A stretch of DNA of 38,727 bases from Candidatus Kerfeldbacteria bacterium (GTDB lineage: Bacteria; Patescibacteriota; Patescibacteriia; SBBC01; CAIJZX01). A program made the translations under genes and the position numbers. The notes beneath the pieces were generated by a model, which worked only from the letters and a program-made list of their open reading frames with translations, ran no database searches and was not told the origin of the DNA. Shown piece by piece: positions 25,957 through 34,772 of this stretch. The stretch lies in the NCBI GenBank assembly GCA_016194465.1, contig JACQBO010000006.1, positions 1 through 38,727 on the forward strand, in the 5' to 3' direction. Numbering within the stretch: the stretch's first letter is position 1; each line of letters opens with the position of its first letter.

Positions 25957-27713
25957 CCATCGTCCAGATTGTCCCCCTCCGCCGGCTGCCAGCCCATCAT
26001 CGGTGGTTCGATTATGTCTGGAACCTGACTCAAGAACCGCGCATCGGTCAGCTGGTGACGGTACCTTTTGGTTCGACCGAAGTACGCGGCATCATCTGGG
26101 GAATCGTTAAGCATACGCCCAACCAAAAACTCAAATCCGTTCAGGCATTACTTGTGGCCGACCCCATCCTGACGCTTTGGCAGCAGCGTGTTTTGGCCCA
26201 CGTGGCTAAAGTCGGATATGTATCCTTGAGTACCGCGCTGTTGCCAGTCCTTCCCAAAAGCCTGAAAATGGGGATCGCCACCGAAGCGGGATCCTCCGAG
26301 GCAATGCGGGAAATACCATCGAGCCGGCCCCGCACGTGGTGGTACCAGAGTCGGATGGAAGCGCTCTATCAGCTTCGCGATTGGATGGTCCCGACGGCCG
26401 GGGAATGGAAACTTCTCATTGTCCCCACCATCGAGGACGGACAAGATCTCATGCGTCTGGGGGCAGAAAAGGGCACGTCCTTGCCTTTTGTCCATGGCCA
26501 AATGACCGGGCCCGCATTTCGTGAGATCTACCGGCAGGTGCTGCACGGCCAGGTACGGAATATCATCGGTACAGTCAGAGCGTTGTCGCTGCCTTTCCCC
26601 CACCAGCCCCAGATCATCATTGACCAAGAAGAACACCCGGCGCACCGCCAACTCCAGCGGCAACCGCGGATCGATGCTAAAACACTCTTGCAGTCGATGC
26701 ACGTTCCATTCGACGTCACCACGCCGGCCCCTTCCCTCTGGTGGTGGGATGAGCATCATCCGTCAGCACCGACCCATGAAAAGACTCGAGAAATTGGAAA
26801 CATGGGCGAACCAAAACTACAACCATGGATATCCTCCGGCCTTGAAGAACTGGTGGAACGGGCCCGGGTCGAAGGGAACCATGTGACGGCCATTGTCCCC
26901 CGCCAGGGATTCGCCCACGGCTTACGCTGCCAAGATTGTCACACCGCCATCAGTTGCCAATTTTGCGGAGAATTTCTTCGCCTATTTCAGCGGCCAGAAG
27001 GCCAGCTGATCTGCAGTCACTGCCGGCGACTAATGACGATACCGACCTCTTGTCCGCATTGCCATGGATCACGCCTGGCCTTCCATGGACTCGGCCCCGA
27101 GCGATTCGCGGGCATCCTTCGTGCCCGATGGCCTCAAGCCAAGGTGGTGCTGGAACCCTCAGCAGAATACGATATCCTCGTCCAAACATACAAAATCTAT
27201 CACTGGCTGCTCGGAGCTGGTCGCAGCCATCTAGCCATCGTCAGTGGAGATAGTCTTTTAAACTATCCGGATTTCGCCGCCGCCGAACGGGCCTGGCAGT
27301 TTTTATGGCGCTTATCCGCGGCGCAACCAAGCAGCACCTTGCTGGTGCAAACATTTTCGCCGGCGCACGATTTTTGGCAGCGCTGGGTTCACGGCGACGA
27401 CCGTGCTTTTTACCAACAAGAGCGGAATGCTCGCCGACGCTTTCATCTTCCGCCGATGACGCCGCAGTGGATCGCTCGCTATGCTGGGCCGGAGCGAGAA
27501 AAAAATGTGGGGGAGAAAATTGAACAGCTCCGCGCCCTCAACCTGAACGGCGAACGGGTTTCCGCGCACGTCTCTGATGGAAAAAAAGCGGCCGAGAAAA
27601 TCATCATCAGCCAGCTAGCCAATACGGCCGAGCGGGCGTCGGAATCTGATTGGCTCAAACTCTTCCCCCCGCCTTGGCAACTCGAAGGGAATGTCCAATC
27701 ATGGTCGGACTAG
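25953..27713 (+). CDS. priA: Primosomal protein N' (PriA) homologue with degenerate helicase motifs
   Basis: 3'-DNA-binding-domain-like N-terminus (GQLVTVPFGSTEVRGIIWGIV). IIIDQEEH occupies the DEEH box position. Four-CxxC Cys-rich region at aa 326-370 (CQDCH..CQFCG..CSHCR..CPHCH). C-terminal FHLPPMT. No GxGKT P-loop is present. Confidence 0.75.
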   Translation: MTIVQIVPLRRLPAHHRWFDYVWNLTQEPRIGQLVTVPFGSTEVRGIIWGIVKHTPNQKLKSVQALLVADPILTLWQQRVLAHVAKVGYVSLSTALLPVLPKSLKMGIATEAGSSEAMREIPSSRPRTWWYQSRMEALYQLRDWMVPTAGEWKLLIVPTIEDGQDLMRLGAEKGTSLPFVHGQMTGPAFREIYRQVLHGQVRNIIGTVRALSLPFPHQPQIIIDQEEHPAHRQLQRQPRIDAKTLLQSMHVPFDVTTPAPSLWWWDEHHPSAPTHEKTREIGNMGEPKLQPWISSGLEELVERARVEGNHVTAIVPRQGFAHGLRCQDCHTAISCQFCGEFLRLFQRPEGQLICSHCRRLMTIPTSCPHCHGSRLAFHGLGPERFAGILRARWPQAKVVLEPSAEYDILVQTYKIYHWLLGAGRSHLAIVSGDSLLNYPDFAAAERAWQFLWRLSAAQPSSTLLVQTFSPAHDFWQRWVHGDDRAFYQQERNARRRFHLPPMTPQWIARYAGPEREKNVGEKIEQLRALNLNGERVSAHVSDGKKAAEKIIISQLANTAERASESDWLKLFPPPWQLEGNVQSWSD

Positions 27714-27715
27714 TC

Positions 27716-27744
27716 TTGCCAGCCCACCACCTTTCTCGTAGACT
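27716..27744 (+). promoter_or_regulatory. Candidate def-fmt promoter placed for a leaderless transcript
   Basis: TTGCCA (27716-21), 17 nt, TAGACT (27739-44), then 6 nt to the def ATG at 27751. Confidence 0.4.
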
Positions 27745-27750
27745 ATCCTC

Positions 27751-28257
27751 ATGAAGGCGCGTTTGCCCCGAATGTATCTCTGGAATCAACCGCAGGAAGC
27801 CGCGCTGCTTCGTCTGTTCGCCGCGATCATCGATGTCGCCTCGATCACCACCGGTCAGTTAGAAGATTTGATTGCTCGCATGATCCGGGTCATGAAAAAA
27901 GCGGATGGGATTGGTTTAGCCGCACCGCAAATAGGCCAGTCGATTCGTTTGGCCGTTCTTGACCGACGGGTCACCCCGAATAGGCAGCCACTGGTGTTGT
28001 ATAATCCAGTCGTCACGCACTCCAGCCAGGAACAAACCAGCGAAGAAGAGGGGTGTTTATCGATTCCCGGTGTTTTCGGCCTGGTCCCCCGGGCCCGATC
28101 AATCGTCGTCAACAACCTCGATGCCTCCGGCCGGCTGGCCACGATCGAGGCCGACGGCCTTTTTGCCCGCGTTATTCAGCACGAGATCGACCACCTGAAC
28201 GGGAAACTTTTTATCGACCGAGCGACCATGATTACTCAAGGAAAAGATCGCTTGTGA
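27751..28257 (+). CDS. def: Peptide deformylase
   Basis: All three PDF motifs are present: GIGLAAPQIG, EGCLSIPG, QHEIDHLNG. Confidence 0.93.
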   Translation: MKARLPRMYLWNQPQEAALLRLFAAIIDVASITTGQLEDLIARMIRVMKKADGIGLAAPQIGQSIRLAVLDRRVTPNRQPLVLYNPVVTHSSQEQTSEEEGCLSIPGVFGLVPRARSIVVNNLDASGRLATIEADGLFARVIQHEIDHLNGKLFIDRATMITQGKDRL

Positions 28258-29192
28258 CCCATCGTCTCATCTTCTTTGGCTCTGGGGCTTTTGGCCTACC
28301 CGCGCTCGAGCAACTCCACCATCTACCGGATGGCCAGGTGGTCGGCGTGGTCACCCAGCCCGCGAAACCAACTGGTCGGGGCCAGCCGGTCAAGCCCACC
28401 ATCATCGCCACCTGGGCCGGCCACCACAAACTATCGGTACTGGCGCCTGAGTCCCTGAAAGTTCCAACCATGGTAGAGGAATTACAGCGCTTGCAGGCGG
28501 ATACATTTGTGGTGGCCGCCTATGGACTGATCTTACCCCTGGCGGTACTTCAGGTGCCTCTGTATGGATCGATTAATGTGCACGCCTCATTGCTACCAAA
28601 ATATCGCGGGGCTTCGCCCATCGCCGCCGCCATTGTCGCCGGCGAAAGGGAAACTGGTATTAGTTTCATGCTGATGGATGAGCATCTCGACACCGGTCCG
28701 GTGTTGCGGACGGTGGTCACCCCGATTTCAAAATCAGACACCAGCGAAGTATTGCAGGCACAGCTGGCGAGACTGGCCGCGGAAAACTTGCCGACCGTTC
28801 TGGACGATTGGTGGGCCGGTCGCATCCATCCCACACCGCAGTCCGGCCCGAGTAGTTATGCCCCCAAGGTTTTGAAATCAGATGGCTATGCCAACTGGCA
28901 ATCCGGAAAAATCTTAGAACGAAAAATTCGCGCCTATATCCCTTGGCCGGTAACATGGACGACCTGGCAGGGAACGAACATAAAAATTCTTGCCGCCTCG
29001 TTTATACCCGGGCAGCCATCATCTCCCCAGGGGACGATTGAGGTTCCAGAACCTAATCAGGATTGGGCAGTGGCTTGCGGCGACGGCTGGATTATTCCCC
29101 ACCAAGTGCAGTTCGCCGGCAAACGCCGGCAATCTGCCGCGACCATCCCGGGGAGCTATCCAGGACTTATCGGAAGTCGGCTGCCGTCCTAA
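28254..29192 (+). CDS. fmt: Methionyl-tRNA formyltransferase
   Basis: GTG start at 28254 overlapping the def TGA (GTGA). N-terminal RLIFFGSGAFGLPAL, INVHASLLPKYRGASPI, and a C-terminal beta-barrel domain. Confidence 0.9.
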   Translation: MTHRLIFFGSGAFGLPALEQLHHLPDGQVVGVVTQPAKPTGRGQPVKPTIIATWAGHHKLSVLAPESLKVPTMVEELQRLQADTFVVAAYGLILPLAVLQVPLYGSINVHASLLPKYRGASPIAAAIVAGERETGISFMLMDEHLDTGPVLRTVVTPISKSDTSEVLQAQLARLAAENLPTVLDDWWAGRIHPTPQSGPSSYAPKVLKSDGYANWQSGKILERKIRAYIPWPVTWTTWQGTNIKILAASFIPGQPSSPQGTIEVPEPNQDWAVACGDGWIIPHQVQFAGKRRQSAATIPGSYPGLIGSRLPS

Positions 29193-30724
29193 GATGGGCT
29201 TTTCCGGCTTTTTTCCGTCACAAAGAAACCAAGATATTTCCCCATCATCAGTCTCGTTTGGGCTTCGATGGCCGGGATAGAACCAAACACGATCATCGTC
29301 ACCGGCAATAAAAGCCATTGTAGAATCATCATCACCCACTGCCACGCCGGCACATGTTTCGGTCGCGCGGGTAAAAGGCGGACACTCATCACGGCCGTCG
29401 CTAATAAACCCACCATCGCTCCGATCATCAAACCTTGGATGGTGGTGGGCGCATTGTGAGCTAAGGCGGAGGTAGAAATAACCGATGACCGGACATGAAA
29501 AGGGAGCCAACCAAGAAGAAGAATCAGCACTGGGGCGGTCGCCCACGAATAGGTACCTTCAAACTGGTTCCAAAGATATTTGAGTTTCACCCTGAGTCGA
29601 ATATGCGGATTATACCAAAAATTCCAAACCATAAAAGGAAAGTTTTCGACCCCGTATGCCCAGCGCCGAATCTGCAGGTACTGATTCTTCAGGCTCTGCC
29701 GCCAGTTCGCGCCCTGGACGGTATCCATGGACACCGGAATATACATGGGGGTGACGGTATACCGTCCATCGTAGTGCAGGAAACACTGGAGGAAAATTCG
29801 TGAGTCTTCTGAAACCACATCATTTTGCCAAAACCCGACATCAATCAGAGCCTGCCAAGGCATACTATGCGAGGAAAACGTAAACAGCCGGTCGGGGCGA
29901 AGGGCCTCACTTAAAAGCCAAAACGTGGTACTATTGGCCACCACTCGGGTGACCGCCAACGCGTCCCAAACGTTATTATGAAAGACAGGAATCGGCTGGT
30001 AACTGGTATGCAGACGGTCTGGATGTTGCAAGAATACCGTCGTCAGATAACTGAAATATTGCGGGTGGGCAATCGTGTCAGCATCAAAGGTTGACACGAG
30101 AATGTTTTGGTATGGTATCCCCCGCCGGTCGATGAGATCCTTAATTGCTCTCGCCGCCCAGGCGATATTGGCGCCCTTGCCAGCCATTTCACCGGGCAGA
30201 CCGGCGGGGTGCTCTGTGGCAATGAAAGCGCCAAAAGTGCCGGCAAACTTGGTCCGCAGCCTAGCAGTATACGCTCGAACATGATCAGCATCGCGTCCTT
30301 CCGTTGCCAGGACCAGCATCATCCGATCCAGCGGAAATGTGACTTTCGTCAAGGACATGATGGTCGCTTCCAATACCTCATACGGTTCTTTGTAGGTCGG
30401 CAAAACAATCACGTGATAGATCTCCTGCCAGCCGGCGATCGTTTCCAGCTTCTGCCGCCAGGAAATGCGGCTGGCTCGTCGAAACTGTCGGTAGGCCCCA
30501 ATGACATACGACATGACATAGAGCACCCGAATGAGCCAAAACACGTCGAACAGAATGACGAAAACGATCGCCCAGACCGGTGCGACCCAGCAGATAACAA
30601 GAGCAGTGATCAGCGTCAACCAGACGGCAAAGCCGGGAATGATTTCCAGCATCCGATAGACGCGTCGCGGTGATAAACCGAACAACAAAGGTTGCTCGGT
30701 GGCGACGTGTTCCTTCATCGTCAT
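29189..30724 (-). CDS. Membrane-integrated processive family-2 glycosyltransferase (cellulose/chitin-synthase-like)
   Basis: Two N-terminal and at least 3 C-terminal TM segments flank a GT-A domain with GKGANI, FDADT (DxD), SEDSRIF (TED-like) and QIRRW (QxxRW). The start is taken at ATG 30724 (or 30718) rather than 30775, which overlaps the upstream gene. Confidence 0.8.
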   Translation of the reverse strand: MTMKEHVATEQPLLFGLSPRRVYRMLEIIPGFAVWLTLITALVICWVAPVWAIVFVILFDVFWLIRVLYVMSYVIGAYRQFRRASRISWRQKLETIAGWQEIYHVIVLPTYKEPYEVLEATIMSLTKVTFPLDRMMLVLATEGRDADHVRAYTARLRTKFAGTFGAFIATEHPAGLPGEMAGKGANIAWAARAIKDLIDRRGIPYQNILVSTFDADTIAHPQYFSYLTTVFLQHPDRLHTSYQPIPVFHNNVWDALAVTRVVANSTTFWLLSEALRPDRLFTFSSHSMPWQALIDVGFWQNDVVSEDSRIFLQCFLHYDGRYTVTPMYIPVSMDTVQGANWRQSLKNQYLQIRRWAYGVENFPFMVWNFWYNPHIRLRVKLKYLWNQFEGTYSWATAPVLILLLGWLPFHVRSSVISTSALAHNAPTTIQGLMIGAMVGLLATAVMSVRLLPARPKHVPAWQWVMMILQWLLLPVTMIVFGSIPAIEAQTRLMMGKYLGFFVTEKSRKSPS

Positions 30725-30761
30725 ATGGTAGGCATGACAGTAGCAATCTAGATCGCCGGCG

Positions 30762-32267
30762 TCAACCTCGACCAATCGTCATGATCTGGTTGAGCCGCAG
30801 TGCTTTGCGGGCCAGGGCGATTCGATCGGGGTTAAAGCTATACAGCGTTAGGATTTTTTGTCCTCGGCGCACGGTCTGCCCCAATTTACGATGAAGGTAA
30901 ATGCCGGCGAGTTTATGATCAGGGGCACCCAGCGTCCGCGCCACCTCGTCGATGGCTCGGTTGTTAATGGCCTTCACCACACCACTGGTTGGTGCCAGGA
31001 GACGGAACGTCGAACTGCCCAAAGCGACCGCGTTGGCATCCATGTCTGGATTACCTCCTTGCGCCGCGATAATCGCTTGCATTTTCTTCCAGGCCCGGCC
31101 CGACCGTAAAATCCTTTCCGCTTGCTGATGGCCAGTTCCCGATCTGGTCACTCCTGCCAGTTCCAAGAGTTCACCCGCCAGTTCCAGGGCCTTATCTTCT
31201 AGATCTTGTGGGCGTTTATCTTTTTGTTGGAGCACGCGCAACACATCGCGGGCTTCCAGCGCCGGCCCAACCCCTTTGCCGACTGGTTGGTCCGCCTGAT
31301 CGAACCGGACCCGGACCTTCATCCCGAACGAATGTCCTACGGCTATAAACTTTTTTCGGATCATTTTGGCCGTGGCCAGATCAGGAATTTTGGTGTATCG
31401 GCCGTATGGCATGTCGATGACTAAGTATTGAATCCCCATCGCTACTTTTTTTGCCAGAATACTGACGATCATTTTATCGTAGGGTTCCAGCGACAGTGGC
31501 CGCGAGACTTGAATAATGAGGTCGTCGGCCGGGGCGATGCTCAGCCCCCCACCCCAAATGAGACAGGCACCTGTTTTGGCCACGATCCGTCGAACTTCCG
31601 CGGCGGTGAAGGACACGGGGGCTAAGACTTCCATCGTATCCGCCGTGCCGGCGGGTGAGGTAATCGCTCGGGATGAGGTTTTGGGGATAATCAGGCCGGC
31701 CGCCGCGACGATCGGGATGGCGATCATCGTAGTGCGGTTGCCGGCCAAACCACCCACCGAGTGTTTATCCGCTGCTTTTCGCCGCCCCCAGGAAAACATA
31801 TCACCGGTCGTCGCCATGGCCTTGACCATCCATTTGAGTTCTGGCAAGCGGTAGGGTCGGACATAGCCCGAGGCCACAAAGTAGGTCGTTTCCACAGCGC
31901 TCAACTGGTGGTCGACAATGTCGCGGATGATGCTGGTAATTTCTTCTTCACGCAGTGGCTGACCGAGCAGTTTTTTGTTGATCGCCGCGATTGACGGTGG
32001 TCGGGACACGACCTCAATCAGCAGCGGCTCCCCGTCCTTGGCCTTCAACAGTTTCCAGACTTCATCGAACAGACCAATTTCTCCATGTTGAATTGACTGG
32101 TGGGTGACATCAGCCACGACGATATGTGACGTGCCCTGATAGTTGACTTGTAAGCGATCGCCGGGATTAATCCCAAATGCCTCCGCATCGCGACCACGCA
32201 AAACGACAATGCGGCTAGAGCCGCCAGTATTAATATCGATATGTCGAACCTTGACGACGAACGCCAT
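30762..32267 (-). CDS. deoA: AMP phosphorylase (archaeal-type, thymidine phosphorylase family with N-terminal extension)
   Basis: From ATG 32267 the protein is 501 aa: MAFVVKVRHIDINTGGSSRIVVLRGRDAEAFGINPGDRL is the N-terminal domain typical of AMPpase. ADKHSVGGLAGNRTT (rather than the TP-type GGVGD) and TSPAGTADTMEVL are also present. Confidence 0.78.
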   Translation of the reverse strand: MAFVVKVRHIDINTGGSSRIVVLRGRDAEAFGINPGDRLQVNYQGTSHIVVADVTHQSIQHGEIGLFDEVWKLLKAKDGEPLLIEVVSRPPSIAAINKKLLGQPLREEEITSIIRDIVDHQLSAVETTYFVASGYVRPYRLPELKWMVKAMATTGDMFSWGRRKAADKHSVGGLAGNRTTMIAIPIVAAAGLIIPKTSSRAITSPAGTADTMEVLAPVSFTAAEVRRIVAKTGACLIWGGGLSIAPADDLIIQVSRPLSLEPYDKMIVSILAKKVAMGIQYLVIDMPYGRYTKIPDLATAKMIRKKFIAVGHSFGMKVRVRFDQADQPVGKGVGPALEARDVLRVLQQKDKRPQDLEDKALELAGELLELAGVTRSGTGHQQAERILRSGRAWKKMQAIIAAQGGNPDMDANAVALGSSTFRLLAPTSGVVKAINNRAIDEVARTLGAPDHKLAGIYLHRKLGQTVRRGQKILTLYSFNPDRIALARKALRLNQIMTIGRG

Positions 32268-32271
32268 GCAA

Positions 32272-33264
32272 TCAGCGGCGAATAATACTACGAACGGGAG
32301 CCGGGCGTTTCGCCGTATGACGCTGTAAGAGACCCGCTTTGGCGCCAATGACGCGAATCACGGCTTCCGCGTTCTCTGTGCCTAACTGCAAGGCGCCCGA
32401 AATATTGTCTTCGTCGCGAATAAAGGCACTGACAAAACCCGATCCAAACGCGTCGCCGGCGCCCGTCGTGTCGACCACATGGACGTGATGCGTCCCGCAG
32501 TGCCACGCGGAGCGCCGATCGCCACCAAAAGAACCTTCGGTCCCCATGGTCACCACGGTCACGCCGCCGGTGATTCGACGCAAGTATTGAAATGGGGCGT
32601 CATCTTGACTGGTGGTCAATTTCATTAGGCGGGCCGCTTCTTCCTGATTCATAATGACCACATCGGCCTGTTGGAGAAAGGGCTCTAGCTTCGATAAACC
32701 GTGAGCCAATTCGCTGCTGCCCGGATTCCAAGCAATCCGAATCTTTTTTTTCTTGGCCACGTTCCAGATGCGCCGAATAATTGGCAACTCCCCCGCCAAT
32801 GAACTGACATACATCCAGTCCGCCCGAAATTCGCGGCGCGGGAGGTCGCGCGGATGAAAATCGGCGGAGGCGCCGCGATAGACCAGGGCCGTTCGTTCAC
32901 CACGGCTGGTAAGCAATAAGACCGAATAAGCCGTGCCACGCTGGTGATCCTTTGTGACTAAGCCGACATTAACCTTCTCCATACGGAGCGCGCGCAAGAC
33001 TTCTTGCCCCCGCGCGTCCTGGTGACCGATTTTTCCGATAAAGGCGGTGCGAAAACCCTGGCGCGAAAATCCCACCGCCGTATTGGTCGCCCCGCCCCCG
33101 GTTTCAAAGACTAATTCTTGGACCTCAATTTTCGAACCGAGCGCGAAACATTCAGCCTCACCGGTGGAAAAGTTTTCATTCCGAATAATTTTAATCCCGG
33201 CACTGCGGAGAAACACATCTCTCGTGGCCGCCCCGATGGTAATGATATCGAATCGTTTTGTCAT
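32272..33264 (-). CDS. PfkB/ribokinase-family sugar(-phosphate) kinase, substrate unknown
   Basis: GGGATNTAVGF (GG switch) and DTTGAGDAFGSGF (PfkB signature 2). The ATG overlaps the fba TGA (ATGA). Confidence 0.85.
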   Translation of the reverse strand: MTKRFDIITIGAATRDVFLRSAGIKIIRNENFSTGEAECFALGSKIEVQELVFETGGGATNTAVGFSRQGFRTAFIGKIGHQDARGQEVLRALRMEKVNVGLVTKDHQRGTAYSVLLLTSRGERTALVYRGASADFHPRDLPRREFRADWMYVSSLAGELPIIRRIWNVAKKKKIRIAWNPGSSELAHGLSKLEPFLQQADVVIMNQEEAARLMKLTTSQDDAPFQYLRRITGGVTVVTMGTEGSFGGDRRSAWHCGTHHVHVVDTTGAGDAFGSGFVSAFIRDEDNISGALQLGTENAEAVIRVIGAKAGLLQRHTAKRPAPVRSIIRR

Positions 33265-34112
33265 GACTTGGATTTATTTCGGCTGCCAAAAAGAACTATT
33301 TTTTTCTTGACCGTGGCCATAACGGCGTCACGGCTTGGTCCCAGTAAACCGCGAGGATCAAACTCGTGGGCATCGCGACGTAGCTCCCGGCGTAAGGCCT
33401 GGCTAAAAGCCAGTCGAAGGTCGGTATCAATATTGATTTTGGCGATACCAAAATGAATCGCCCGGCGAATCATGGCCGGCGGCGTTCCCGAGGCACCATG
33501 GAGCACGAGTGGCACGTCGATCATCTTTTTGATTTGGGCCAGCAAGGTAAAGTCCAGATGCTCCCTGGCTTGCGGTACACCATGGGCATTACCAATAGCC
33601 ACGGCAAAGGCATCGACCTTGGTGAGGCGAACAAATGTATGCGCCTGGGTCGGATCAGTCAGAACCAGACGACGATCCTGAGCAATTTCCGAAGGGTATT
33701 TGACCTGGCCGAGTTCTCCCTCGACGCCGATCTGCCGGCGATGGGCATAGCGGACGATCGCCGCCGTGCGGCGCACATTCTGTCGGAACGGCAGCCGACT
33801 GGCATCAAACATAATACCAGTGTATCCACGATCGACGCAGGCTCTAGCCAACCTTAACTCGTGGCCATGATCGAGGGTCAAAACAATCGGGATCGGATAC
33901 TTTTTGGCCATGGCCAGGACGAAAGCCGCCAGCTCTTCCAAACCAGCATAGGCAATGGCTTTTTCCGAGGTATTAATAATGACGGGGGCGTGAAGGGCCA
34001 CCGCAGCCCGCACCACCGCTTGGGCCTGCTCCAGATCGGAAATGTTGAAAGCTCCCACGGCATAGCGGCCTTTCTGCGCTTGACGGAGCACGGTCTGGAG
34101 CTTGGCAGTCAT
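33261..34112 (-). CDS. fba: Class II fructose/tagatose-bisphosphate aldolase
   Basis: YAVGAFNISDLEQAQAV, LTLDHGH, GEGELG-type region (VEGELGQV), LVLHGASGTP. Confidence 0.88.
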   Translation of the reverse strand: MTAKLQTVLRQAQKGRYAVGAFNISDLEQAQAVVRAAVALHAPVIINTSEKAIAYAGLEELAAFVLAMAKKYPIPIVLTLDHGHELRLARACVDRGYTGIMFDASRLPFRQNVRRTAAIVRYAHRRQIGVEGELGQVKYPSEIAQDRRLVLTDPTQAHTFVRLTKVDAFAVAIGNAHGVPQAREHLDFTLLAQIKKMIDVPLVLHGASGTPPAMIRRAIHFGIAKINIDTDLRLAFSQALRRELRRDAHEFDPRGLLGPSRDAVMATVKKKIVLFGSRNKSKS

Positions 34113-34139
34113 GCTTTTATTTTAGCATACTCGTCAACA

Positions 34140-34772
34140 TCAAACGAGACGCCGGAGCTTTTCCCAGGCAGCCGTCGGATGCTCATCAAGCATAACCGCC
34201 GAACCAACGACAATGTGTCGGGCGCCGGCCGCGGCAGCCCGAGGGATTGTCTCCTGATCCATACCGCCATCAAGACCAATAATCAGGTGCGGGTAACGAT
34301 GCCGTATGGCCCGCACTCGGGCCAGGGAGCCCGCCCACCAGTGATGGCTATAACCACCAGGCCGAACCGACATGACGAGGACGCCCGAGATAAATGGCAT
34401 CCATGGCCAGAGTCGATCCAATGTGCTGGTCGGGTTGATCGCTAACCAGGTGGAAATGCGCTGAGAACGGAACAGCGCTAGCCAGGGTCGAAGGGCCGCC
34501 CCGAGTTCCAGATGGAGAATCACCCGGGCTTTGGTGGTGCCTAAAATGGTGACCGCCCAGGCTCCCGGGTGACGAGTCATGAGGTGATACTCAACATTGG
34601 CTCTTGGTTTCGAACGCTGGACAATCGCCGGGGTGATCGATCGACTTGGCACAAAGACGCCATCCATGACATCGAGGTGGATCCAGGGATTGAGCTGCTC
34701 GGCGATCTTTTTTTCTTTTTCGTAGGCTCCGGAAGTTCTGGCCAACACCGAAGGAACAAGATCAACGGCCAT
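34140..34772 (-). CDS. rpe: Ribulose-phosphate 3-epimerase-like protein (divergent)
   Basis: IHLDVMDGVFVPS, YHLMT, ILHLE, AINPTS, MSVRPGG and GLDGGM..AGARHIVVGSAV appear in canonical RPE order. The PGFGGQ phosphate-loop is replaced by PGGYSHH. Confidence 0.72.
   Translation of the reverse strand: MAVDLVPSVLARTSGAYEKEKKIAEQLNPWIHLDVMDGVFVPSRSITPAIVQRSKPRANVEYHLMTRHPGAWAVTILGTTKARVILHLELGAALRPWLALFRSQRISTWLAINPTSTLDRLWPWMPFISGVLVMSVRPGGYSHHWWAGSLARVRAIRHRYPHLIIGLDGGMDQETIPRAAAAGARHIVVGSAVMLDEHPTAAWEKLRRLV

Noticed and set aside
28053-28253. A 67-codon N-terminal extension of fmt (listed ORF 28053..29192) overlapping the 3' third of def in another frame.
   Set aside because: The conserved Fmt N-terminus (RLIFFGSGAFG) begins exactly at the GTG at 28254, which overlaps the def stop (GTGA). 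The extension is Pro/Arg-rich with no homology expectation.
32268-32348. Upstream-extended starts proposed by the ORF track for several minus-strand genes: AMPpase TTG 32348, rpiB 35310, cupredoxin 35804, trxB 37730, GT26 23762, gltX 22957, GT2 synthase 30775. On the plus strand, the same applies to ftsQ-like 18896.
   Set aside because: In every case the extension overlaps the upstream gene. An internal ATG restores the family-typical N-terminus or signal peptide and leaves a short gap or classic overlap.
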